This document shows, piece by piece, positions 1 through 10,900 of a stretch of DNA of 64,000 nucleotides. Origin of the DNA: Sarea resinae. Its lineage: Eukaryota. Below the pieces are notes generated by a model, which saw only the letters and a list, made by a program, of their open reading frames with translations, had not been told where the DNA came from and did not search any database. The position numbers and the translations under genes were made by a program. Position 1 is the first letter of the stretch. Each line of letters opens with the position of its first letter. The stretch is taken from NCBI GenBank assembly GCA_026026165.1, contig JAPEUD010000031.1, forward strand, positions 124,001-188,000, in the 5' to 3' direction.

Positions 1-457
1 TGCTCCGGCCGTCTCTTGCGTACCTCTCGGAGGAGCTCCTGCGCCATTCCCCCCTTTCGGCAGCGGGAACTCTACAAAATTCGAGAAGACCCGCGAACAT
101 CCATAGTACGACGCACGCTCAGCAAACTCGACCGCGCACAGCAGATATGCAATATTGGGAACTGAGCCGGCCACTTTGCGCAAAGTCAACAGCTCTTCTT
201 CTGTCGGCACCTTTCCGAATATCTCGACGTCTCCTAGGTCCGGATCAATAGGTCCCACGGCATGGTTGATGGCTGTGGCCTGGACGGAAACGTGCTTCTC
301 ATCCGGGTAGATGGAAACGCTTGGCCTCTTCTCGTCCAGGACCTCAACGGCCATACTATTTGTGGTGAGCACATCGGCTGTGAATTGCGGATGGCCAGCT
401 AACTCAATGATTCACATTAGACAGAGTACAGAAGGCAGAAAGACTGGGCATACCCAT
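1..457 (-). CDS. PTR2: POT/PTR2-family proton-dependent oligopeptide transporter, 5' part (runs off the window)
   Basis: Not in the ORF track; translated by hand. Minus strand reads MAVEVLDEK...LRKVAGSVPNIAYLLCAVEFAERASYYG...FPLPKGGNGAGA, containing the POT ExxER(F)xYYG motif. Probable 4-nt first coding exon (ATGG, 457-454) and intron 453-378 (GTATGC..CAG) in frame; alternative ATG at 354. Confidence 0.88.
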
Positions 458-2540
458 TGTGCTCTCAATTCTGTCTCTCTCTGTTGGCCTTGGCAACGAA
501 ATAGCGGAGTATTCCACCAGCTGGAAAGGGATGTCTTCGAGAACAATGGATTGCAGCCCGTTCATATACGATCGGCATAGCGGCCATCTGAGATGCTTGT
601 TTCTCTATCCTGCATGCAGAGACGACAGGGCCATCGATATGGCACGCCAATCGCACCTGCAAAGGCGACATCTTCTAGTATCTCGTATCTCTGCCAGCGA
701 CGGCCATCCCGGCAATGCTTCCACAGAGTGGCAAGCATGATAGCCAAGACAGTCGCTCTCCAACGGAATAAGTTCTAGCCTGACCGATTGACAGGCTCGT
801 AGACTTCTCCCATTATCTGGATGCGACAAGCAGGAACATGGGACAACGGGGCCGTCAACAAGGACTCGATCGAGGGTCGCAGTTACATTCTGGAATGCGT
901 GCTCGAGAAGGACCCTGGTCTACGGCCCTCTCGCGATTCTTAGCTCCGTATGAGACCATTTCAGGTCTGTTCGAGAGGGGCAGGGGCCCATGCAATACCG
1001 CCAATGAAGCTCGTCCGATTAAGAGTTATCGTCACCCATTCCTAATGGAGCAGCTGGCTTTGACGTTCGTAGCACAGCCGTCGAGCAGAACATTGGCGTA
1101 GGTTCTGCAAGAAAAGAAAAGACGGTAAATTGAGCGAGGGAAAGCAGCCTCGCTTCTGTTTTGCCGCCCGCCGTTCAGGAAAACAGCATCGACTAGACAG
1201 CCAAGGAGAGCAATCCAGTCAGCCAGGCCTGGTGGGCTGCTTCTTCGATTTCGCCATCCGGCCGATGATTGTCCTGCTACATGGTAGTCTTCTGAAATAT
1301 CATCCATGATAACGATCACGCGACCAAGCGACCGAGAGAGCAAGCGACCGACCGACCGACCAACTGAATCATCTACTTCTCTCTTGGACACAGATTCTTC
1401 CGGGAGCAGAACGGGTAGAGTAGGTCGATCATAGGCTTCTAGCAGGCGGGTGCATCTCTGTCTACCGAGTCGCCCCACCGTACCCGTGAACACCGATACA
1501 GAGCCAGACAGCCATGCAGACATCCCACGAAGTGGCGCGCGGGGGCGCCTGCTCCCCGTCGAAGGTGCAGCGGGTCGGCGCTCATCGGTCGCACGCATCA
1601 ATGCCCTTGCCCAATCGTGTGCAGCAGGACAGCACACTAAGTCCGACAAGGCGAACACTAGCCTCGAACACCATGATAAGGTTCTGACCGATGTGCACCC
1701 CGTTCCCCCTCACCCCCCCAACACATGGCTTACCGTCGCCCGGAACGGCGCCTTCACGGAAGAGCGACAGGAAAATCGCGGATATACGTCCTCCAAAGTT
1801 GTATGCCTAACTCCGTGCTATCCAATGCATCGCAACGTCGTGCACAGGCTGTCTTTAGTAAAGCGTCTCTGCCTACATAGACGTCCCTGTATTGAACGTT
1901 GAAGAGGTGATAGCTTGCTCAGCGCTTTGAGCCGTGCAAGATTTGTCGCGTAACAGGCTGTTCAAGAACCTCTTGTCATGCATCGAAGCGGGCCGATCTC
2001 AATATATGCATTTAGACAGGTTATACAGTCCTCCACCTGTGCAGAAAGAAGCCTAGCTGATATATTCGCAAACACGACAACCCAAAATAAACCAGAGAGG
2101 GGAAGAGCAGGGGCCAAGCCGTTTTCTAGATCAACATATCAAGGCAATGTGCGTACAACGTCCCCTGTCTTCCTCTTCCTCTTTCTTGGTGAAGAGCAAG
2201 ATCAATCAACCATCTCTGGATTCAGCTAGAGGGACGAATGAATAGAGCATGTCAAGGATCTTTTCCGTCGAATTGAGGGATATACGGTGTGTTTTATTGA
2301 CGCTAGATGAGGTTTGTACCGCTGCGATCGCTGTGTTTGTGGTATTGTGGTATTGAAAGGTAGGTGAGTAGGCGAGCGGGTGAGAAGAGGACCATGGAGT
2401 GCGATAGAAGAAAGAGAAAAGGTAGGCAGGCAGGTAGGTAGGGGGCCGACAATTTAACAGCAAACGAAAAACCAATCCCGGGTTTTCATACCACCACCAC
2501 AACGACCTACAAGCTCTTTCGCTGGACGGCAAAGCCCACT

Positions 2541-5500
2541 CTACCCCCTCAGCCCATCCGCGCACGCCTTCAACCTCTCCCAGCCGTCGGAGCCCTCCCA
2601 GCCGTCCTTGGCCCGCCCGAGCACACCCCTGATCGCGCTGCGAGCCTTGAACTTCCAATCCTTCGCCACCAACTGCCCCGAGCCAGCCGCGAGTCCCTCT
2701 GTACGCTCCATCTCGCCGAGGCTCTCGTACGCGTCGACGAGCTCGACGGTGGCGTCCACGATACCGTTCCACTGCGCCTCGGCGTCCGCGAGCGAGCCGC
2801 CAGCACCACCGCCGCCGTATTCCCAGCCCGGCTGCGCCAGCACCGCCCGCCATGCCTTCTCGTGCGCCTCGAGCGCGGAGCTGGGCCGGCGGCGCCAGAG
2901 CGCCAGTTGTGCGACGATGCGCCACAGGCGCGCCGAGGACGTGATGAGCGGCACGACGGAGCTGTCGACGAGGTCGACCACCATGCGCGCCAGGCCCGGT
3001 TTGGCGGGGTCGTAACCGCCCGCGCTCGCGCCGCCCTGGCCCTGGCCCTGGCCCTGGCCCTCGGCACTCTCCATGCTAGCAACGATGACGTGGCGCACGA
3101 GGTGCTCGAGGATCTCGGCGTCGACGCACTTCTCGCCCACGGTCGCGCCCCGCAGCTCGATGAGCCGTTTCTGCGCCACGGCCACGTCCGTGTACGCCGG
3201 CGGCGCCACGCTCGCGCCGACCGTCAGCAGGTTGTCCCAGATGCGGAAGTCGTCGTGCTTGAGGCGGGCGGCTTTCTGCAGCGCGTGAAGGGCGTCGCGG
3301 CGGTGGCGCTGCGGGTCGACTGCCGCCGGGGTGGCTTGGGCGACGGACTCATCTTCGTCGTCGAGGATGATCTTTTTGCCATCTTGGTTGCTCTCTGGAG
3401 GAGAAGACGAATCCGACCCCGGCTCCAGCCGGAGAAGCGCCGCCGCGAGGTTACTCCACGCCTGGGCATCCTGATCATCGAGCTGCACGGCCCTGGCAAA
3501 GGCCTGCACGGCGCCCTGCCACCACTGCAGCTCGAGCCGCACGCACCCGAGCGCGAACCACGTGGCGTGGTGCAGCGGGTTCAGCTTCAACGACGTGGCG
3601 TAGGCTTCCTCGGCCCGCACATAGTCGTGCGCGCTAAAGTAGAGGCGTGCCAACGACCGTTGCGCGCGCGAATACCGCTGCTTCGAGATCGTCCAGGCGC
3701 GCCCGTAGTAAGCGATTGCGGCCGAGGCGTCGGACGGCACGCTGGTCGTACTGAGGTCGCCGAGGATGCAGAACAAGCGTGGCGCGTCGGCCGGTAGGGG
3801 ATCCCTCTCGGGACCCTCCCAAGTTTCCGTGTCCGTGTCCGTGTCTGTTTCCGTCTCGCCATCTTCTGCTGATTTTCCTATATCCTTTTCGCCGTCCGTA
3901 GCACGCTCCCCTTCTTTTGTAGACCTGAATATTAGCCTTCGCACCACCGTCCTCGCTTTATCCTCACGCTCCGTGCCCGCCCAGCACAAGGCCACCTCGG
4001 CCCACATCTCGAGCCGCTCGTAAATCTCCAGCGCCGTCCGCAGACCGCCGAGACTGACCCAGCGGGCCGCGAGTTCGGCCTCGAGCTCCCAGCGCGTCGG
4101 CGAGCTGAGCGCATGGATGTACCGCAGTCGGTCCTGCACGGGCGCCGTGTCTTCCGCTTTGGCACGTGGGAGAAACGTCGTCGCCGTCGCGGCCGTGGTA
4201 TCCGTCGTGTTACTACCTTCATCACCACCAGTAGTGGCGTCTCCCGTCGCCTTCTCCATAGTCTCGGCAATGACCTGGTCGACGATGGCTTGCAGCTGCA
4301 GCACGCCCCGCTCGACGGTCCGCGATCTATACCCCTCGATCCGGCTGCGCACGAGCAGCGCCTGCGTGTAGATCTGCCAGTTCGAACTGCCGCCCTCCAG
4401 CACGCGGACGGCGTAGGGCAGCGTTTCCTCGCGCGTCAAGCCGTGCTGCGGGGACGTGTTCGTGATGCTGCTGGCGAGGGAGAGGAGGAGAATCGAGTCT
4501 AGCGGCGACAGCTGGGGCTGCGAGGAGGGGTCCAGCGAGGCGAGCGAGGCGGGCAATTCGGTTTCGGAGGTGGCGGTCGTGGTTAGAGGGTTGCGTGCGC
4601 TGCTTGTAGCAGAGGAGTCTGGTGTTGAGGCGAACGAGATCCGTTCGAGTAGCGTGTCGTCGTTGAGATCGAGATTCTTTGGTCCTGCAGTAGCAGCCGT
4701 AGATGCGACTGTAGTTGCATCTCCGCCGCTCTTGTCACCACCGCCCGACCTATTTCCCTCCACCTCACCCTCCCCATTCCTGTCGCTCTTCTCCTCTTCC
4801 TCTCGACTTCTCGCAAGCACGACGAGCTGGCTAATCTCCTTCTCCTGAAATCTCGTCCGTTTGCCCATCAGACCGGTCACGCGTACCTCCAGACCAGTCA
4901 TCTGTCGCGCATCCTCGAGGTCGTCGCGCGCTTTCGAGTCGAAGCCATGAAACGTGTGGATGGCTGCTCGTTCAAGCAGAAATCGGACCCGAGCATCGGT
5001 TGTATATTTGTGGGCTCCAGTAGCATCAGTCGTAGAGTCGCCCAAAATCTCCCTCCGAAGCACCTCCAGGTCGCCGTAGATGGCCGTCTGCACCGTCGCC
5101 GATACCTCGTCCAGCATCCGCTGCCAGAGGAACAGTACCCGGCACCGCGCCCATCGTGCACCCGGCGCGCTCTCCACCAATCCTGAATGTGTCAAAATGG
5201 CGTGTGCGAGGCTGAAGAGCTCGATGTGTGGGGTGAGTGCGTAGACGGGCACGGCGTCTACGGTCAGTGAAGCCAGTAACTGCTTGCGCAATTGGGCATA
5301 CGGCGGTAGCTGCGACGAGGAGGGAAATATGGTGGTACTGGATGCGAATGGAGGGGGAGGGCCCGTGACGTTGGACTGTAGAAACGCGTTCAGGGCCGCC
5401 GTGGCGATGAGAAGCAGATGTGCCTCTAGCGTCCCTGTTCTTTGTCCCTTCAGTAACGAGTCCGCCTCTTGACCGCTTCGATGTGCTGGATCCGCCTGGA

Positions 5501-5735
5501 GTAGCGCATCAACCCTTCGCTTTATAAAACCACTCCAACTGCCACATTCCGTATACCTAACCGCCTCGAGAGCGGGCGAGGAAGTGTGGCCCAAGAGCAA
5601 TTGGGCCAGTTCGTCAGTCAACACAGCATTGTAATCTCCATTCACGATATTCGTAGCCGCTGCACGAAGTGAGTCATTGCCTTCACTGCTGTCGCTTGGG
5701 CGAGAGAGAAATGGGGCGAGCGTTTCGGGTTCCAT
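2541..5735 (-). CDS. EMW1: TPR-repeat protein, Emw1/TTC27 ortholog
   Basis: Single 1064-aa ORF with Emw1/TTC27-like blocks AFLQSNVTGPP, GLMGKRTRFQ, DDTLLE, NWQIYTQALLVRSRIE, RTVERGVLQLQ, plus C-terminal TPRs (WFALGC, AWSNLAAA, RIWDNLL). Confidence 0.88.
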   Translation of the reverse strand: MEPETLAPFLSRPSDSSEGNDSLRAAATNIVNGDYNAVLTDELAQLLLGHTSSPALEAVRYTECGSWSGFIKRRVDALLQADPAHRSGQEADSLLKGQRTGTLEAHLLLIATAALNAFLQSNVTGPPPPFASSTTIFPSSSQLPPYAQLRKQLLASLTVDAVPVYALTPHIELFSLAHAILTHSGLVESAPGARWARCRVLFLWQRMLDEVSATVQTAIYGDLEVLRREILGDSTTDATGAHKYTTDARVRFLLERAAIHTFHGFDSKARDDLEDARQMTGLEVRVTGLMGKRTRFQEKEISQLVVLARSREEEEKSDRNGEGEVEGNRSGGGDKSGGDATTVASTAATAGPKNLDLNDDTLLERISFASTPDSSATSSARNPLTTTATSETELPASLASLDPSSQPQLSPLDSILLLSLASSITNTSPQHGLTREETLPYAVRVLEGGSSNWQIYTQALLVRSRIEGYRSRTVERGVLQLQAIVDQVIAETMEKATGDATTGGDEGSNTTDTTAATATTFLPRAKAEDTAPVQDRLRYIHALSSPTRWELEAELAARWVSLGGLRTALEIYERLEMWAEVALCWAGTEREDKARTVVRRLIFRSTKEGERATDGEKDIGKSAEDGETETDTDTDTETWEGPERDPLPADAPRLFCILGDLSTTSVPSDASAAIAYYGRAWTISKQRYSRAQRSLARLYFSAHDYVRAEEAYATSLKLNPLHHATWFALGCVRLELQWWQGAVQAFARAVQLDDQDAQAWSNLAAALLRLEPGSDSSSPPESNQDGKKIILDDEDESVAQATPAAVDPQRHRRDALHALQKAARLKHDDFRIWDNLLTVGASVAPPAYTDVAVAQKRLIELRGATVGEKCVDAEILEHLVRHVIVASMESAEGQGQGQGQGGASAGGYDPAKPGLARMVVDLVDSSVVPLITSSARLWRIVAQLALWRRRPSSALEAHEKAWRAVLAQPGWEYGGGGAGGSLADAEAQWNGIVDATVELVDAYESLGEMERTEGLAAGSGQLVAKDWKFKARSAIRGVLGRAKDGWEGSDGWERLKACADGLRG

Positions 5736-6793
5736 GGTCGATGTGGGGTAGCAGAGGAGAGGGAGGAATCTGGGCGCGCCGTGCGCACAGAGCTTCTAGG
5801 GAGGCCTGCAAGACAGTCCAGAGAGCGTCGAAGCCTGTCCGCTGGGTCTAACAGCGCTTTCTGCTTGGATTTCGGTTGATAAGTGTTGCTGTGATGTTAC
5901 TACATGTAGGATATGGAATGTGGATGTGTGTAGTGGGATGCCTCACCCAAGAATAATTTCCTCGTTCCTGTGGGCGATACTGGCGGGGAGCGATCTGATG
6001 TGCTTAGACATCCGATCGCATCAGATAATATAAGACAAGATATGATAAGATCGATGAATATTGATAAGATCGGTAAGATCGATAGAGCCCGCACCACGGC
6101 TCCACTGCTGCTCTTCCAACGCCTTTAGCTTGCACCACTTCAGCACTGTAACTTCTCTCGATGCGGATCACACACGTAAGGAGTAGTCCAAGCTCCATGC
6201 ATTCCAATGATCAGAAAGATCATCCCGTAATACCTCCAGCCTGAGTCACTCGGAAGGATTCGCATCCTCGCCTGAGCAGCCGTGCCGCTGGGGTACTTGT
6301 GTACGAAGCTAAAATGCGGATACATCCCTACCCTCATTCAATCACACAAGACTCACACTCAGCCAGGCGCAGACCAACAGCCAGCGAGATGAGGGTGCTG
6401 ATGGCGGCGTGCGGGGGCTGTGGCGTTGCGGCGTTGCAGACGGCGGCGGCGCTGGAGTTGATACGATACGGGGGGATTAGGCAGATGGGGGGCCTGATTC
6501 TCCCCTTGTTACTCACCTACTGCGCAGTAGATATAGTAGCGATATGACGGTCCACTGGGCTGATCATACATCGAGTGACGCATGTCTTCCCATGATTCCT
6601 TTATCGTTGGATGCGGAGATATAATTCATACTTTCCACCCGTTTCACAACTCCTTTGCTTTACTCCAGTATCATTTGCCGCAGTGTGACCAGCCTTCGTA
6701 GCTCCAGCAACAACTCGTCCTCCTGCCTTCAAACTCAAGCCAAGACAAAAGGTTACCCCTATCCATCCAATCCACCTTACATCTTCCACAGCC

Positions 6794-8185
6794 ATGGCAG
6801 AGACCCATTCTATTGACGCCGTTTCCGAACATCAACCAGCCATGGCACCCATCTCGACGAAAGATCTGCGCTCGGCCTCAAATGCCTGCCGACGGACTCG
6901 GAAAGAAGTATACCGATACGCAAACTACAAAGCCGTAGATCGGGGTCTCCTGGGCCAGGAATTCTACGAACCCACGAACCCGGACGTCCCATATGCAATC
7001 ATGAGCCACTTCCCTGCCGATCTGTCGGAAGCGGCTGTAGTTGTTTTCGATAAACGACGGCTGTTCAAAGAGGCTCAGTGGGGCCGTCCGGTGAGACACC
7101 ATCATGCTTGTTGGTGGTGCAATAGGGGAAAGCCACAATGGGAGAGGAGAGTCCAGAGAAGGATGGAGGCTAGAAGGACAGCAAATGGGGACTGTGTGCG
7201 AGAGATTTGTGAGGACGACGGGGTCGCAGATGCTTTGGCTGAGAAGGAGAGGAAAGAAAGTGATGGCCGAGTCAATGGCTGGTCCAAGGCCGAAGCTAAG
7301 CTGGTTGTCGAATGCGACGAAATTTCGGGACATCCCGTCAATCGGTCCGAGTCCGCTCGTGATGAGCAGTCTCAGGTGAAAGAATGCGACCGCCCTTTGG
7401 GATTTCCTATCGATTGGTCTGACTTCGAGGATGAGGAAATAATTCTGACATGTCAGACGTCAAAAGCGGACAGGTCCAAACAGAAAGAAACATTTTCAAC
7501 GAAAGCGCCTCCGCTCGAAGGCTTTGCAAAAGAACCCACGGGCGTCTTCGAGGATGACGGTTTCCGAGACATGCGCTCCGCTTCAGTACCTCGAATGCGC
7601 ACATACGGCGATAATTGGAGATACTACCACTTCAAGAGCGTCCATCGGATTCCATCCCAGTTGAGAGAAGCAATCAAGCTACGAATGCTGGGCGATCTCC
7701 ATGGCGCAGCACCCGAGAACTTGCAGTATCCTGAAATATCTCAGGAAGACCAATGGTATCGTCCCAAGAGATATCACCATTCCGGCTTGGATGCCAAGGG
7801 GACTAATCCTTGGAAAAAGAGACAGGGACTCCAGAAACAGGCACAGCAGCTGGTTGTCGAGGACCCAACTGGACCTTTGGAGGATATGCTTGAAGGGGAA
7901 GCTGATGCACGGTTGGACAAGGAGATATATGGCCTGCTTGATGATGTAGAACCCGCATTGGAGAGTGAAGCAAGCCTTGAAGATGCCCTGGCTTGGAGGG
8001 AGCGTCTCAGATCGGAGCTGATGGTCGAAAAGGCGATAGACCAGTACCAGGGGAGGCTTCGACGAGCCGCGGAGGATGAAGGCTGGAGCGTCTTGAGCGA
8101 AGGGGGGTCTTCGAGATCGAGAAGTCCAGGTGTACGCGGAAGAGACTTCAGCGAAGATGAGTGGGAGGCCATTTCAGCGATATAG
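6794..8185 (+). CDS. Hypothetical protein, 463 aa, no recognised family
   Basis: Long uninterrupted ORF, good start context (gccATGG), pyrimidine-rich leader, natural charged composition, acidic C-terminal tail. Confidence 0.7.
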   Translation: MAETHSIDAVSEHQPAMAPISTKDLRSASNACRRTRKEVYRYANYKAVDRGLLGQEFYEPTNPDVPYAIMSHFPADLSEAAVVVFDKRRLFKEAQWGRPVRHHHACWWCNRGKPQWERRVQRRMEARRTANGDCVREICEDDGVADALAEKERKESDGRVNGWSKAEAKLVVECDEISGHPVNRSESARDEQSQVKECDRPLGFPIDWSDFEDEEIILTCQTSKADRSKQKETFSTKAPPLEGFAKEPTGVFEDDGFRDMRSASVPRMRTYGDNWRYYHFKSVHRIPSQLREAIKLRMLGDLHGAAPENLQYPEISQEDQWYRPKRYHHSGLDAKGTNPWKKRQGLQKQAQQLVVEDPTGPLEDMLEGEADARLDKEIYGLLDDVEPALESEASLEDALAWRERLRSELMVEKAIDQYQGRLRRAAEDEGWSVLSEGGSSRSRSPGVRGRDFSEDEWEAISAI

Positions 8186-8473
8186 TTCATAATAGTTCCA
8201 GTGACCAGACAATCGGACCCTTTGGGATCTCGTGTGTCTTATGTTCCCCCGTCTATCCCAATAACGTCGCTGTAACTTTTATGATCACTGTCATATGAGA
8301 CTTCTCGATCCGTTTTAATGTCAAGGAGCCGCCCAAGTATCATGGATTCTTGATCCTGATCGGATGATCTGTTCCTGTTCCTGAGGGTAGCACTTCCGCG
8401 GCAGGAGTTCTTGGCTGGGCTTCCCCTTCACTTGATCTTTTTAGCAGTACTTGTTTGTACAGTCTCTCCTCTG

Positions 8474-9646
8474 CTAGACTGGTGTTTTCTCCGCGACTGA
8501 ACCTGTAGTCTTGGCGTCCCAATTCTTCCCAACTTCTTTCTTTTGCATGACCTGGTTCTTTGCTACACTTCTCCCATTCTCATCAACCCCGGCGAAAAGG
8601 CTCGTGCTTGCAACATCCATTTTAGGATCCGCGGGAAATTCCAGAACGTCGTGGGCTCCCCACTTGATCAACCACTTCTTCTTGGCCGGGTCCCACTGAG
8701 CCAGTGGACACATATTGAATATATTTCTCCACTGCCTTCTCATGAACCTAGAGGTGATGTTGTGAGGGCCGTCTTTGCGATCACAGAATTTAGAATCCTG
8801 CGCAGCGATCCCAACTTCCGCTCTGGGCCGTGCTCTTCTCTTTGGCTGTCCTTCCCACCTCCGTTGCCCATACGCCAGCTCACGAAGCCTGTTGTACTCT
8901 TCCTCGGATAGAGGAGGCATCATTCGATCCATGGTCGTAGCGAACCATGCCTTTACGAGATTCTTCTTCCGTTTCTGCGGAAGTGGTCTGTGCCACGAAT
9001 TCAGCTCTGGAAGCCGAGGCTCTGTCATTCTGATACTTGGGCGGGGCATCTGTATGGATGGGTTCTTGTGCAGACTCCTCATGATTGCCACAAATTTGGA
9101 CGAGAGTCCCAAGTCCTCTCCGTTAGCCACACGCTGGCGGAGCGCTTTCAGCTCATCCTCATCCGATGGTATGTCGGGCGTATCTGGTCTGAGTAGCTGC
9201 CGTAGCATCTGCTGTCGACGTTTCCCAGCGCGGCCATATGTATGCAGGAGGACCTTGGTGAATGGCTTGAGAGCGCCAGCGTTGGCGCGCTTGAGGACCG
9301 AGAGACCTTTGCGAGCTTTTTGTATCTGGCCCTGGACATGGTCATGGGGTAGAGATGGCTCGTTGGCTGTTTTTCGGAAACGAGATCGGACATATTCGTG
9401 GAAGTAAGTGCGAGAGGCTGAGTCTGGCAGGTAGGAGACCTCTCGGAGAAGATGACGATATAGATGTTTCGGATCGCGTCGTTGAGGGTCAATGGACGCT
9501 CTTTGCGTAATGGGGATGGCAGGAAGAACAAGGCTGGCTCGATCCGTGGAGAGATGGCGAATTCCCGAGCGACACAATGCCTTTTTGACGAGCAACTCCG
9601 CCGTTGGCATTGGTTTTAACCTCGTCTTGATAGACATGGTTGACAT
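8474..9646 (-). CDS. LYR-motif protein (Cup1-like), probably mitochondrial
   Basis: ~390-aa basic ORF with HLYRHLLREVSYLPD...VRSRFR (LYR...F pattern) after an Arg/Ser-rich N-terminus. Exact start uncertain (several ATGs). Confidence 0.7.
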   Translation of the reverse strand: MSTMSIKTRLKPMPTAELLVKKALCRSGIRHLSTDRASLVLPAIPITQRASIDPQRRDPKHLYRHLLREVSYLPDSASRTYFHEYVRSRFRKTANEPSLPHDHVQGQIQKARKGLSVLKRANAGALKPFTKVLLHTYGRAGKRRQQMLRQLLRPDTPDIPSDEDELKALRQRVANGEDLGLSSKFVAIMRSLHKNPSIQMPRPSIRMTEPRLPELNSWHRPLPQKRKKNLVKAWFATTMDRMMPPLSEEEYNRLRELAYGQRRWEGQPKRRARPRAEVGIAAQDSKFCDRKDGPHNITSRFMRRQWRNIFNMCPLAQWDPAKKKWLIKWGAHDVLEFPADPKMDVASTSLFAGVDENGRSVAKNQVMQKKEVGKNWDAKTTGSVAEKTPV

Positions 9647-10009
9647 CTGACGGGAAAACAAAGGCAGCGAGGGACAATGCTGGCACCCAAGGGCCGACTG
9701 TCGTCAAATGGCGATCCAGCAAAATTACCAGTTCCTTCCATGGTAGTCCATGCAGGTTCTGCGTCCTAGGAGAATCGAGGATAGACAATGGCAGACTTGG
9801 TGATTGGAAATAAATAGAATGACTGCAGCGGTGGATGGATGAAATATCATCCGGAAAATCGTTCTCCCGAATCAGCTGGCCCAAGCTCCTTCCATTCGCA
9901 GCATCGACGTGCATTTTCCCGAACACATCCTCCATCCTCCATCCGTCCATCGTACCTCACTGACGCCGTTTTGTCGCCTTCTACCCTTTGACCGATTCCC
10001 AGAGCCATC

Positions 10010-10713
10010 ATGGCATTCCCCTCCCTCTTCTCTCTTCTCCCTCGCCTACCCAAATTACCCCAACTCCCCCCGTCAGTCCGCTCAACGACGAAAACAATCC
10101 TCTTCCTATCGTTGAACATCCCACCCCTAGTGTTCCTCAACGACAACCTCTTCACCTTGATGTGGGTGCGGGGTCCGAGCATGGCGCCGCTGCTGTCCCC
10201 AGACTACCACGAAAAGGGCCGCAAAGACGTCGTGCTGGCCTCGATGTGGGATGCGGGACGGAAGGCGCGGAGGGGCGAGGTGGTGGCGTTCAGAGCTCCG
10301 CACGATCCCGAACGCGTCGCGATCAAGAGGATTGTTGGCGTCGAGGGGGATATTGTGGACACGTCTGGGGGCAGTGGCGACGCGTACCCGGAGAGGGAGG
10401 TCAGAGTGCCGCCTGGTCATGTTTGGGTCGAGGGAGTGGATGGCGGCAGGAGTTTGGACAGTAGGAATTATGGTCCGGTGAGTACTACTCTACTCTGCAA
10501 TACTGCATTGTTGTTCCTTTGGCATTCTACCGTCAAAGGGAAATACTGATCATGACTAACAACAAATTGCAGATCTCAAAGTCGCTTATAACGGGCAGGG
10601 TGACGCATGTTGTGTGGCCACCTGCGCGAGCAAGCCGAATCGAGACGGACGAAAGTGAGGTAGGAAAGAGAGTGTTCCCCGGTGGGGGCATGAGGAGGAT
10701 CGTAATCATCTAG
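10010..10713 (+). CDS. IMP2: Mitochondrial inner membrane peptidase subunit (S26 family, Imp2-like)
   Basis: Catalytic GPSMAP (Ser) and IKRI (Lys), VPPGHVWVEG, DSRNYGP|ISKSLITGRVTHVVWPP. Intron 10478-10572 (GTGAGT..GACTAAC..CAG). Confidence 0.85.
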
Positions 10714-10900
10714 GTGGCCGCACCAACAAACACGTCTTGCAAAACTTGGGTAAAGAAAACATGAAGGGTTCGTGTTCGGGATATTACTACCTCACGCCAT
10801 GGACAACATCAACAAGCGCTTCAATGACTCCAAACACCATCGCTCATGGAACCGAAGACGCCCGTTGACCGCTTGAAACACCCATTCAAATCTTATGCCT

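Noticed and set aside
1032..1902. 208-aa and 150-aa ORFs upstream of PTR2
   Set aside because: Non-ATG starts, include simple repeats, no protein-like features.
2570..4848. Many long overlapping or antisense ORFs (e.g. 2862-3797, 311 aa)
   Set aside because: Shadows of the GC-rich EMW1 CDS; no independent motifs.
5890..6000. Possible C/D-box snoRNA (GTGATGT...CTGA)
   Set aside because: Imperfect C box, no terminal stem or recognisable rRNA guide.
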